DNA of 40,709 nucleotides from Pedosphaera sp. (GCA_031414955.1 JANOQV010000113.1:1-40709); one strand, 5' to 3'; positions 18,027 through 27,477 are shown, numbered from the stretch's first letter. Notes: generated by a model not told the origin, from the letters alone. Translations and numbers: made by a program.

Positions 18027-20661
18027 GGCCGGCGAGAATAAAATTGGCGGTGAAAGTTCGCGCACGTTAAAAACTTCGCCAGCGATGACCCAGGTCACCC
18101 CGGATGCCCAAACTTCCCGGCCACGCCCGAGCCTGCTTGTGAATTACAAGCCGGGCACGCCGGTTTTTGATGAACTGGTGGACGGTGAAAACTTGCGCCC
18201 TCACTACGCCGGGCTGATGCAGGGTCTGGATGAACTCGGCCTCGCGGAACTCAAGCGCCGCGACGTCACCTGCCAGCGCCTCGTCCACGAGCAGGGCATC
18301 ACCTATAACGTCTATGGCGACCCGCGCGGCATGGAGCGTCCGTGGCAGCTCGACCCGGTTCCGTTCGTCATCGCGCCGGAGGAGTGGCGCAAGCTGGAAG
18401 CCGGACTGATTCAACGCGCCACGTTGCTGAACAAAATTCTCGCCGACTGCTACGGTGCGCAGGATTTGATTCGCTCGCGCTGGCTTTCGCCGGCGCTGAT
18501 TTTCGCGCAGCCGGATTTCCTGCGCCCTTGTCACGGGCTGCGCGTGCCGGGTGACAGGTTCCTGCATTTCTACGCCGCGGATCTCGCGCGTTCGCCGGAT
18601 GGACAGTGGTGGGTCATCTCGGATCGCACGCAGATTCCCACCGGCATGGGCTACGCGCTGGCGAACCGGTTGGTCACCTCGCGCATTCTGCCCGAGTCCT
18701 TCCGCGACAACCATGTGCATCGTCTCGCCGGATTCTTCCGCGACACGCAGCGCACGCTGGTGGAACTCGCCCCGCACCAGAACAGCGATCCACGCGTGGT
18801 CCTGCTGACGCCGGGGCCGCACAATGAAACTTATTTCGAGCAGACGTATCTCGCGCGCTACCTCGGCTACATGCTGGTCGAGGGCCAGGATCTGACGGTG
18901 CGGGACGATCACGTTTATCTCAAAACGCTGAACGGTCTCGAACGCGTGGACGTGATTCTGCGTCGCGTGGATGACGACTTTTGCGACCCGTTGGAACTGC
19001 GCAACGACTCGATGCTCGGCGTGCCGGGACTGCTCGAAGCGGCGCGCGCCGGCAATGTGACCATCTCGAACGCGCTCGGCAGCGGGCTGCTGCAAAGCCC
19101 GGCGTTCATGTCGTTCCTGCCGGAACTGTGCCAGCATTTGCTCGGGGAAGAACTCAAGCTGCCGTCCATCGCGACCTGGTGGTGCGGGCAGGAATCCGCG
19201 CGCCGTTACGTGCTTGAACATCTCGACGAGTTGTATTTCAAGTCCGCCTTCCGCACGCGCACGCGCGCGACGAACCCAGACCGGCCGATGACCGCCACCG
19301 AGCGCGAGGAATTGCGCCGCCACATCCAGTTCGATCCGGATTTGTTTGTCGCGCAGGAACATGTCGAACTGTCCACCGCGCCGTCCTGGAATGGCGGCGC
19401 GATCACGCCGCGGTCCGTGGGATTGCGCACGTATCTGGTCGCGAAGGGCGACAGCTACACCGTCATGCCCGGCGGTTTGACGCGCGTGGCGCCGGACGCG
19501 GACGGACGGTTCATCTCCATGCAGCGTGGCGGCAGCAGCAAGGACACCTGGATCATTTCCGACACGCCGGTGGAGGAAATTTCGCTGCTCTCCACCTCCA
19601 GCCAGGCCATTGAGTTGCGCCGCACCGGGAACAACCTGCCTTCGCGCCTCGCGGATAATTTCTTCTGGATGGGCCGTTACTCGGAACGGGCGGACGCCAC
19701 GGCGCGGCTGCTGCGGAGCGCGTTGCAACGCTTCAACCCCGAGCGTACCGGCAGCGCCCTGCCGCTGCTCGCGCCGGTGTTGCGAACGCTCGAAGTTCAC
19801 GGACAGCTCTCCGACGTGATGGGCCACCGGGAGTTGCGGCAGAACCCCGAAGCCTTCGAGGCGGAACTGCTCTCGGCAATTTTTGATCCCGCCACTCCGG
19901 GCAGCCTCAGCAGCACGATCGATCATCTGTTCCGCGTGGGCATGCAGGTGCGGGATCGCACTTCGACGGACATGTGGCGCGTGATCACCCGGCTCAACGA
20001 CCGGCTCTCCACGCCCACGGCCAGTCTCGTGATGCTGGCGGGCGACGCGGTGGCGGTGCTGAACGAAGCGCTCTTGAGCCTCGCGGCCTTCCACGGACTG
20101 GCGCGCGAGAACATGACGCGCGCGCAGGCCTGGCGTTTCATCGACATGGGAATGCGCATCGAGCGCGCGGTCTATCTCTGCACCTTGCTGGATTCCACGC
20201 TGCGTTCGCCGGACGCGGAAAATCCCAGCGTGCTCGAAGCCGTGCTGGAAGTGGCGGACAGTTCCATCACCTATCGCTCGCGCTACAGTTTGCTGCCGCA
20301 CATCGCGCCGGTGTTTGATCTCGTGTTTCTCGATGACAAGAACCCGCGTTCCGTCCTCTTCCAAATCAACCAGTTGATGAAGCACTTCGACCGGGTGCCG
20401 CTCGAACTCAACTCGGGCAAGCCTGGTTCCGGCAAAGCCATCCTGCACGACTGTCACGCCCGTCTCGAACGCTGCGACACGCGGGAACTCGCCGGATTGA
20501 AAGGCCCCGGGCACGAGAGCAAGGTGGGGCGACTCATCCAGCAGACGCTGCGAGACCTGCCGAAGCTGTCCGACGCCATCGCCGCGAGCTACTTCGCGCA
20601 CTCGGCCATTTCGCGCACCGGACGCGAAGGGGACGCGGGGTGGGATTGGAGCGGGCGATGA
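18019..20661 (+). CDS. Circularly permuted ATP-grasp fused to alpha-E domain
   Basis: RPWQLDPVP, YFEQTYLARYLG, RRVDDDFCDPLELR, MPGGLTRV, SKDTW, then LPSRLADNFFWMGRYSER, NPRSV; start 18019 overlaps the upstream stop (18085 is an alternative). Confidence 0.92.
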   Translation: MPEAGENKIGGESSRTLKTSPAMTQVTPDAQTSRPRPSLLVNYKPGTPVFDELVDGENLRPHYAGLMQGLDELGLAELKRRDVTCQRLVHEQGITYNVYGDPRGMERPWQLDPVPFVIAPEEWRKLEAGLIQRATLLNKILADCYGAQDLIRSRWLSPALIFAQPDFLRPCHGLRVPGDRFLHFYAADLARSPDGQWWVISDRTQIPTGMGYALANRLVTSRILPESFRDNHVHRLAGFFRDTQRTLVELAPHQNSDPRVVLLTPGPHNETYFEQTYLARYLGYMLVEGQDLTVRDDHVYLKTLNGLERVDVILRRVDDDFCDPLELRNDSMLGVPGLLEAARAGNVTISNALGSGLLQSPAFMSFLPELCQHLLGEELKLPSIATWWCGQESARRYVLEHLDELYFKSAFRTRTRATNPDRPMTATEREELRRHIQFDPDLFVAQEHVELSTAPSWNGGAITPRSVGLRTYLVAKGDSYTVMPGGLTRVAPDADGRFISMQRGGSSKDTWIISDTPVEEISLLSTSSQAIELRRTGNNLPSRLADNFFWMGRYSERADATARLLRSALQRFNPERTGSALPLLAPVLRTLEVHGQLSDVMGHRELRQNPEAFEAELLSAIFDPATPGSLSSTIDHLFRVGMQVRDRTSTDMWRVITRLNDRLSTPTASLVMLAGDAVAVLNEALLSLAAFHGLARENMTRAQAWRFIDMGMRIERAVYLCTLLDSTLRSPDAENPSVLEAVLEVADSSITYRSRYSLLPHIAPVFDLVFLDDKNPRSVLFQINQLMKHFDRVPLELNSGKPGSGKAILHDCHARLERCDTRELAGLKGPGHESKVGRLIQQTLRDLPKLSDAIAASYFAHSAISRTGREGDAGWDWSGR

Positions 20662-20858
20662 AAACAAAAGGCATCCTTGCTCATGGAGGCTCGGGGCGTG
20701 AAACCCCAAATCCCAAAGCCCAAACCCCAGAGATACTGCAAGCTGCAAGCTTCAAGCCGGAAATTCTCGGACTGAGTGTGTGCCAATTGGTATTTGGAAC
20801 TTGGTGCTTCTCTGGGGTTTGGGATTTGGGATTTGGGGTTTCTTCATTCCGGCCATGA
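20658..20858 (+). other. CCCAAAT/ATTTGGG heptamer hairpin (20701-20841) spanned by a 66-aa coupling mini-ORF
   Basis: ATGA overlap with the upstream stop (20658-20661) and ATGA overlap with the downstream start (20855-20858). Confidence 0.7.
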
Positions 20859-21730
20859 CCTACGACATCACGCATCGCACGACTTACGATTACGCCGCGC
20901 CGGTGAGCGTGTCGCATCATGTGGCGCGGCTGGAGCCGCGCGCGGCAGGGACGCAAGAGGTCGGCTCCTTCGCGCTGCGAATTTCTCCCCAGCCCACGCT
21001 GCGCAAATCGCGCGAGGATTACTTCGGCAACCGCCTTTGCTCGTTCAGCATCCAGCAAGTCCATGAGCGGCTGGAGACCGTGACCAGCAGCCGCGTGACG
21101 GTTCACCCGCCGCAGTTCGTGGCCCCGGAACAGTCGCCCGCGTGGGAGACGGTGGCGCGGCTGTTCCGCGATCCGGTTTCGCCGGAGGTTATCGCGCCGT
21201 ATCAGTTCGTCTTCGATTCGCCGCAGGTGCGCGGCTCGTTTGAACTGGCCGACTACGCGCTGGAAAGTTTTCGTCATGACACGCCGTTGTTGGCGGGCGC
21301 GGCGGATTTGATGCGCCGCCTTCACCTCGATTTCAAATACGACCCCAAGGCCACCACCGTCGCGACGCCGCTGGAGGAAGTCTGGAAAAAGCGGCGTGGG
21401 GTCTGCCAGGATTTCGCGCATCTGAGCATCGCCTGCCTGCGCTCGCTCCGCTTGCCTGCGCGCTACGTGAGCGGCTACCTGCGCACGCACGCGGTGCCCG
21501 GCCAGGCCCGGCTGGTGGGAGCGGACGCGTCGCACGCGTGGTTCTCGCTCTTCAGCCCCGAGGCGGGCTGGGTGGATTTTGATCCCACGAACAATGTCCG
21601 GCCCGCCGAGGAGCACATCACCGTGGCCTGCGGTCGCGACTTCGGCGACGTGAGTCCGCTGAGTGGAATTCTCACGGGCGGTGGCGCGCACGAGGTGCGA
21701 GTCTCGGTGGATGTGGCACCGGTGGAGTGA
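20855..21730 (+). CDS. Transglutaminase family protein (Bact_transglu_N + core)
   Basis: MTYDITHRTTYDY, DYFGN, GVCQDFAH, ARYVSGYL, SHAW, FDPTN, GRDFGDVSP. Confidence 0.93.
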   Translation: MTYDITHRTTYDYAAPVSVSHHVARLEPRAAGTQEVGSFALRISPQPTLRKSREDYFGNRLCSFSIQQVHERLETVTSSRVTVHPPQFVAPEQSPAWETVARLFRDPVSPEVIAPYQFVFDSPQVRGSFELADYALESFRHDTPLLAGAADLMRRLHLDFKYDPKATTVATPLEEVWKKRRGVCQDFAHLSIACLRSLRLPARYVSGYLRTHAVPGQARLVGADASHAWFSLFSPEAGWVDFDPTNNVRPAEEHITVACGRDFGDVSPLSGILTGGGAHEVRVSVDVAPVE

Positions 21731-21906
21731 GATTTCAAAATTCCAAAACCCAAATTCCAAATTCCAAACAAGCTCCAAAGTCCCCAATTCCAAATCCGAA
21801 AACGGCCCGACCGCAGCCAGCATCCTTGGGACTTGGCCGTTGGAATTTGTTTGGCATTTGGGATTTGGAATTTATCCCTGCACCCCGCTTTCTCCTGACT
21901 CCCTAA
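21727..21906 (+). other. CCAAATT/AATTTGG-type heptamer hairpin (21735-21873) spanned by a 59-aa coupling mini-ORF
   Basis: GTGA overlap with the upstream stop; frame open (VRFQNSKTQIPNSKQAPK...IWDLEFIPAPRFLLTP) to TAA 21904-21906, 1 nt before ATG 21908. Confidence 0.65.
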
Positions 21907-21907
21907 C

Positions 21908-22738
21908 ATGCGCTGGGACATCCAACACATCACTCGTTTCGACTACGCCGCTCCGGCGCGAGAGAGTTTCAACGAAGCGCACCTGCAACCGTTCTCGAAC
22001 GACCAGCAGCTCGTCGAGTCGTTCGTGCTCAAGGTGCTGCCCTCCACGCGGCTGCGGCACTACCAGGATTTTTACTCCAACTGCATCCATCACTTTGAAA
22101 TCCCGGAACCCCACACCTCGCTGCATGTTGAAAGCCAGTTGACGGTCAAGACCCTGCCCCCGAGGTGGCTCGCGCTGGATGCGACCCCAATACCCATGAC
22201 CCGCATCAAGGAGGCGTTGCAGGGCGCGCAAGCCTATGACTTTCTGTTGCCGAGCCGCTACGTGGACGTGGCACCCGAGACGTGGCGCCGCGCGGTGGAT
22301 GCCACGCATGGCGAACAGGACATCTGGCAAACGGCGGTGCGCTTGATGCGCTACGTTTACGGTCATCTCCTCTACGAAAGCCGATCGACTTCAGTTCACA
22401 CCCACATGCGCGAGGTGCTGGCGCAGCGGCGCGGTGTCTGCCAGGACTTCGCGCACGTACTGCTCGGCCTGTGCCGCACCATGAAAATTCCCGCGCTTTA
22501 CGTGAGCGGCTATCTCGCCACCGAAAAAGCCAGCGCCACCCACGCCTGGGTGGAGGTCTATGTCCCCGGGGTCGGCTGGCAGGCGCTCGATCCGACGCAC
22601 AACTGCACCCCCGACGAGAGCTACGTGAAGATTGCCGTGGGCCGCGATTACGCCGATGTGCCGCCCGTGACCGGCACGTACAAGGGGACAACCGAGCGGA
22701 CGATGGACGTAGTGGTGAGAATCACCCCCGCGACCTAG
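21908..22738 (+). CDS. Transglutaminase family protein
   Basis: GVCQDFAH, YVSGYL, THAWVEV, LDPTHN, GRDYADVPP. Confidence 0.93.
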   Translation: MRWDIQHITRFDYAAPARESFNEAHLQPFSNDQQLVESFVLKVLPSTRLRHYQDFYSNCIHHFEIPEPHTSLHVESQLTVKTLPPRWLALDATPIPMTRIKEALQGAQAYDFLLPSRYVDVAPETWRRAVDATHGEQDIWQTAVRLMRYVYGHLLYESRSTSVHTHMREVLAQRRGVCQDFAHVLLGLCRTMKIPALYVSGYLATEKASATHAWVEVYVPGVGWQALDPTHNCTPDESYVKIAVGRDYADVPPVTGTYKGTTERTMDVVVRITPAT

Positions 22739-22786
22739 CGGCGGGCCTGTAGCACCAGCGGCCTGGGGCGAAAAATCCATCATTCT

Positions 22787-23152
22787 TTGTCACGCCCGGC
22801 CCTCCGGCCGTCATTCAATCCGGTGCGGAAGGATTCGTCCCAAATCGAAAATGGCGTCGCGGATGACACTCCGCTGGCGGACGCTACGATTCCGCGCCGG
22901 GTGTTCCGCGCCGGATTGGCGGATCCGCTGCACGGCGCCGACGGCGCTCTCGAAGCGCAGGAATTCGCGCGTCTCGATCTGGCGGGTCCGGGCGCGGGGG
23001 AGATCGCCGGACGCGCCCGCCCGTTTGGTTTCTCGTCGCTCGGCGGTCTCATCCGCGCGCGGGAATTGGAGAGAGACATCCCGCACGCGCTCGCCATCCG
23101 CGTGGACAAGAGCCGCCTCAACGTGCAACTGCCCAGCGTCGACCTTGGCTGA
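22787..23152 (+). pseudogene. Possible gene fragment of an uncharacterised protein
   Basis: Protein-like segment GFSSLGGLIRARELERDIPHALAIRVD with no convincing start or RBS. Confidence 0.3.
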
Positions 23153-23262
23153 CTCCTGGGCAAGAGCGTCAAATCATCGTGCAGGCCCGGCGTGAAAAAA
23201 ATTCTTTTCCAACCGAGGCGCGCATTGCTAAAGAAATGCCGTCTGCTCAACAACTAAACACC

Positions 23263-24153
23263 ATGAACTTCATACTCGCCGCTGCTGACCTGGCCACCAA
23301 CGCCGCCACTCCTTTGATCAAACCCAGCCTGCCGTGGATCCAGCGGATTGAAGAGGCCACCGGACTGCCGCCCGAGGTCACGGCCTGGGGTGTGCGCGTG
23401 TTGGGCGCGCTGGTCATCGTCATCGTGGGTTACATCCTGGCCGGGTTCGTGCGCAATCTGGTGGGCAAGCTGTTCGCGCGCCGTAGCATCGATGCCACGG
23501 TCGGCGGTTTCGTCGGCAACCTGGTTCACGCGGCGCTGATGACCTTCGTCATAATCACGGCGCTCGGCCAGTTGGGCGTGGACACCAAAACTTTCGCCGC
23601 CGTGATCGCGGCCGCCGGCCTGGCCATCGGCCTCGCGCTCCAAGGTGGCTTGTCGAACTTCGCGGCCGGGTTCCTCATCGTCGTCTTTCGCCCGTTTAAG
23701 GCCGGCGATGTGATCAACGGCGCCGGCATCGAAGGCACGGTCGAGGAGGTGCAGATTTTCTCGACCATGCTGAACACCATCGACAACAAGAAGATTATCG
23801 TGCCGAACAGCGCGTTGATGGCGGGAACCATCACCAACTACACGGCCAACGGCACGCGCCGCGTGGACCTGCCCTTTGGTATCGGTGCGGCCCACGATGT
23901 GGCCTTGGCCCACACCGCCCTGCTGAAGGTGGCCAACGCCGACGCGCGGGTGCTCAAGACGCCGGTGGCCGCGGTCGCCAACACCAAGCTGATCGATGGC
24001 GGCACGCAGATCGAATTGCGCGCCTGGTGCCAGACCGGGGATTTTGCCGCCCTGAGCAGCGACCTGCTGGCGCACGCCCCCAAAGCCCTGGGTGAGGCCG
24101 GCATCAAAGGCCCGGACAAGACTGTTTATTACGTGGAGCGAAAGCCGAGCTGA
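23263..24153 (+). CDS. mscS: Small-conductance mechanosensitive channel
   Basis: TM helices, AAGLAIGLALQGGLSNFAAG, RPFKAGD, GTVEEVQIFST, IIVPNS, NYT...RRVDL. Confidence 0.9.
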   Translation: MNFILAAADLATNAATPLIKPSLPWIQRIEEATGLPPEVTAWGVRVLGALVIVIVGYILAGFVRNLVGKLFARRSIDATVGGFVGNLVHAALMTFVIITALGQLGVDTKTFAAVIAAAGLAIGLALQGGLSNFAAGFLIVVFRPFKAGDVINGAGIEGTVEEVQIFSTMLNTIDNKKIIVPNSALMAGTITNYTANGTRRVDLPFGIGAAHDVALAHTALLKVANADARVLKTPVAAVANTKLIDGGTQIELRAWCQTGDFAALSSDLLAHAPKALGEAGIKGPDKTVYYVERKPS

Positions 24154-24266
24154 AGCGAAAGCAGGCTGGGGTTTCACCAACCAAACAGTGAAACTCGGAG
24201 ACCGGCGGAAGAGAGAGCGTTGTCATCCCCAAGCGTTCAGGTCATAAAGCTGCGTTCCGAATTTCC

Positions 24267-27200
24267 ATGACGCCAGCCGAATTCAAAAAGAAGTGGGCGA
24301 AGTACACCGGGAAAGAATCTTCGGCGTACCAAGAGCACTTCAACGACCTGTGCCATTTGCTCGGCCATCCCACGCCCGTCGAGGCCGATCCGAGCGGCAA
24401 AGATTTCTTCTGCTTTCAGAAGGGCGTGATCAAGGACTTGGAACTGCTGGGCCTGGATGAGGCCGAGACCACACCGCGCAAGAAGGGCTTCGCCGACGTG
24501 TGGAAGAAGGGCTGCTTCGGCTGGGAATACAAGGGCAAGCACAAGAACCTCGACGAGGCTTACAAGCAACTGCTCCGCTACCGGGAATCGTTGCTGAATC
24601 CGCCGTTGCTCGTGATTTGCGATTTTGACCGCTTCATCGTCAAAACGAATTTCAACGGCACGGTTCAGGAAATTTACGAGTTCACCAACGCGCACCTCGA
24701 CACGCCGGAAAACTGGCGTGTGCTCCGCTCCCTGTTTTTCGATCCTGGTTTCCTCAAGCCGCAGCGCACCACCGCCCAAGTCACGGAGACCCTCGCCACG
24801 ACCATCGCCGAGGTCGCGCAGTCGCTCCAGAAGCGTGAGAGCGTGGAACTGGCCGACGCCAAGACCCGCGCGGAAGTGAACTTCGCGCAACGGCGCAACC
24901 TCCGCATCGCCCGCTTCCTCAATCGCATCGTCTTTTGCTTCTTCGCCGAGGACACCGGCCTGCTGCCGAAAACCATTCTCGGCGACATCGCCAAAGCCTC
25001 CATCGACCAGCCAAAGTTCTTCGCCGAACGTCTGGAGGAATTGTTTGCGGTCATGGCCAGGGGCGGCGCGTCTGGTCATCACAAAATCCGCCACTGCCAC
25101 GGCCATCTCTTCGAGGACGCCACCGTGTTCGAGCTGACTGAGGACGAGATTCGGCTGCTCGCGAAAGCTTCCGAGTCCGACTGGCAGTTCATCGAACCCA
25201 CCATCTTCGGCACGCTCTTTGAGCGCGGTCTGGACCCTGACCAGCGCGCGCAACTGGGCGCGCACTTCACGAGTGAGCAGGACATCAGAACGCTGGTGGA
25301 ACCCGTGCTCATGGCTCCGCTCCGCCGCGAGTGGGCGGTGCTGAAAGGTGAACTCGCCACCGCCTTCAAGAAGGGCCAGGGCACGAAGGCCGACCGCGAC
25401 AAACTCGCCGCCTTCCTCAAAAGGCTTTCGGCCCTCACGGTGCTCGATCCTGCGTCGGGCAGCGGCAACTTCCTCTACGTCTCGCTGCGGCTGCTGCTCG
25501 ATCTGGAGAAGGAGGTCATCACCTTCGCGCTGCAACTCGGCTTCACCTTTCAGCCGCGGGTCAGCGTGCAGCAGCTCAAGGCCATCGAGATCAACCCCTA
25601 CGCCTACGAGCTGGCGCAGGTGTCCGTGCAAATCGGCTTTCTTCAATGGCGGCGGGACAACGGCTTCGACAACGACCGCACGCCCGTGTTGCAGAACCTC
25701 CAGGGCTTCGAGAACAAGGACGCCTTGATGCACGAGACGTTCCGCAAGAAGCCGAAGAACCTCAAAGCCGCGCGCAAGGAGGAGCACGAGTTCCAGGACA
25801 CGCTGTTCAAGGTGTACGTGGAACGCGCCTGGCCGGAATGCGATGTGATTGTGGGCAACCCGCCGTTTCTTGGGGGCGGGATGCTTCGCAGTCAACTCGG
25901 TGATGCGTACGTCAGTGAGTTGTTCAGCATGTTTGGCGCTCGTATCCCGAATTTCAGTGATCTCTGTTGCTATTGGTTTGAGAAGGCGCGCGATTTGATT
26001 GAACACGGCAAGTGCAAGCGCGCGGGCCTGCTGGCGACGCAGGGAATCCGTGGCGGGGCAAACCGTGAAGTGCTCAAAAGAGTCAAGGAATCAGGTGACA
26101 TCTTCTTTGCCATTAGTGACCGGGAATGGTTTCTCGACGGAGCAAACGTCCACGTCAGCCTGGTGGGCTTCGACAATGGGGATGAAGAAGACCGTTCGCT
26201 GGATGGTCATTCTGTTGATGTAATCAATGCGAATTTGACAACAAGCGCCGATGCGACAACCGCAGGGCCATTGAGTGAGAATCGCGGCGTCTGCTTTATG
26301 GGGCCGTCGCCAAAGGCTCCGTTTGATTTATCCGACGCACTCGCACTTTCCATGATTGGTAATGGCGGCAACGTGAATGGAAAACCAAATTCTGATGTCG
26401 TGAGGCGTGTGCAAAGCGGTGTCGATCTCACCAGTCGAGATCGGCGCGTGTGGACGCTTGATTTCAGTCTGATGGCCGCAGAGGAGGCCGCAAAATATGA
26501 AGCCCCGTTCGAGCACGCCACGAAGGAAGTCAAACCTCTACGCACTGGACGGAAGAGCCAGACGAACAAGAACTGGTGGCAGTTCGAGCGGCCTCGGGTT
26601 GAATTACGAAGGGTACTGAAAGGACAGTCGCGATTCATCGCGACTCCTGAAGTTGCCAAACATCGCATTTTCGTTTGGCGCTCGCCGGAGTTTCTCTGCA
26701 ATCAACAGACGCTCGTGTTTGCACGTTCTGATGATTTCTTCTTCGGTGTTCTTCATTCCCGCTTCCACGAAGTTTGGTCGCTGGCGCAAGGAACGCAACT
26801 GCGCGAGAAGGAATCTGGCTTTCGCTACACGCCGACAACTTGCTTTGAAACCTTCCCTTTTCCCTTTGCCGATGATTTGACCGAACCGCTCGACAACACC
26901 GAGGCCATGTTGAATGCGGCCAAGCATTACGCGCACATCGTGTTGCACGAGGAACCGCCGCCACGAACGCCCGAGGAACACCGCGCCGCCATCGCCGCCG
27001 CTGCCGAGGAACTGAACGAACTGCGCGAGCGTTGGCTGAATCCGCCGGAGTGGACCGCCGAGCGCCTCCTCGAATTCCCCGGCTCCACGGATGGCCCGTG
27101 GGCGCGCTACGTTCACAAGCCAAACAAGGACGGCATCGGCACCGTGCGTTATCCGCGCCTGGAACCGCGTGACGCCGAGTGCGCCGCGCAACTGAAAAAG

Positions 27201-27431
27201 CGCACGCTCACCAACCTCTACAACGAGCGCCCCGCGTGGCTGGACCTCGCCCACAAAAAACTGGATGCCGCCGTTGCCGCCGCCTACGGCTGGCCCGCCG
27301 ATTTAACCGACGAACAAATCCTCGAAAACCTTCTCGCCCTCAACCTCGCCCGCGCCGCCGAAGAAGCGAAAGCCGTCAAGGTGAAGAAGCCAAAGGCGAC
27401 ACGCGAGAGGCACGCGGATGAAATGATTTGA
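24267..27431 (+). CDS. MmeI-like (Type IIL/IIG) fused restriction endonuclease-adenine methyltransferase
   Basis: N-terminal FADVWKKGCFGWEYK nuclease-like motif; IFGTLFERGLDP, LGAHFT, VLDPASGSGNF (motif I), IVGNPPF (motif IV), C-terminal TLTNLYN...LDAAVAAAYGW. Confidence 0.9.
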   Translation: MTPAEFKKKWAKYTGKESSAYQEHFNDLCHLLGHPTPVEADPSGKDFFCFQKGVIKDLELLGLDEAETTPRKKGFADVWKKGCFGWEYKGKHKNLDEAYKQLLRYRESLLNPPLLVICDFDRFIVKTNFNGTVQEIYEFTNAHLDTPENWRVLRSLFFDPGFLKPQRTTAQVTETLATTIAEVAQSLQKRESVELADAKTRAEVNFAQRRNLRIARFLNRIVFCFFAEDTGLLPKTILGDIAKASIDQPKFFAERLEELFAVMARGGASGHHKIRHCHGHLFEDATVFELTEDEIRLLAKASESDWQFIEPTIFGTLFERGLDPDQRAQLGAHFTSEQDIRTLVEPVLMAPLRREWAVLKGELATAFKKGQGTKADRDKLAAFLKRLSALTVLDPASGSGNFLYVSLRLLLDLEKEVITFALQLGFTFQPRVSVQQLKAIEINPYAYELAQVSVQIGFLQWRRDNGFDNDRTPVLQNLQGFENKDALMHETFRKKPKNLKAARKEEHEFQDTLFKVYVERAWPECDVIVGNPPFLGGGMLRSQLGDAYVSELFSMFGARIPNFSDLCCYWFEKARDLIEHGKCKRAGLLATQGIRGGANREVLKRVKESGDIFFAISDREWFLDGANVHVSLVGFDNGDEEDRSLDGHSVDVINANLTTSADATTAGPLSENRGVCFMGPSPKAPFDLSDALALSMIGNGGNVNGKPNSDVVRRVQSGVDLTSRDRRVWTLDFSLMAAEEAAKYEAPFEHATKEVKPLRTGRKSQTNKNWWQFERPRVELRRVLKGQSRFIATPEVAKHRIFVWRSPEFLCNQQTLVFARSDDFFFGVLHSRFHEVWSLAQGTQLREKESGFRYTPTTCFETFPFPFADDLTEPLDNTEAMLNAAKHYAHIVLHEEPPPRTPEEHRAAIAAAAEELNELRERWLNPPEWTAERLLEFPGSTDGPWARYVHKPNKDGIGTVRYPRLEPRDAECAAQLKKRTLTNLYNERPAWLDLAHKKLDAAVAAAYGWPADLTDEQILENLLALNLARAAEEAKAVKVKKPKATRERHADEMI

Positions 27432-27477
27432 GCCGAGGCTGGCATGTTTGCTGCCTTCGCGTTAAATGATCGGAACG

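Noticed and set aside
14589..20748. Very long antisense ORFs (795 aa, 893 aa; similar ones opposite most genes)
   Set aside because: Shadow frames of GC-rich genes; the sense strands carry clear family motifs
13392..21873. Repeat arrays as CRISPR
   Set aside because: Units are 7-nt tandem repeats with no unique spacers, and no cas genes are present
24168..24197. Small GTTTCAC/GTGAAAC hairpin after mscS sharing CAGTGAAAC with the repeat family
   Set aside because: Too short to separate a decayed element from a weak terminator or chance
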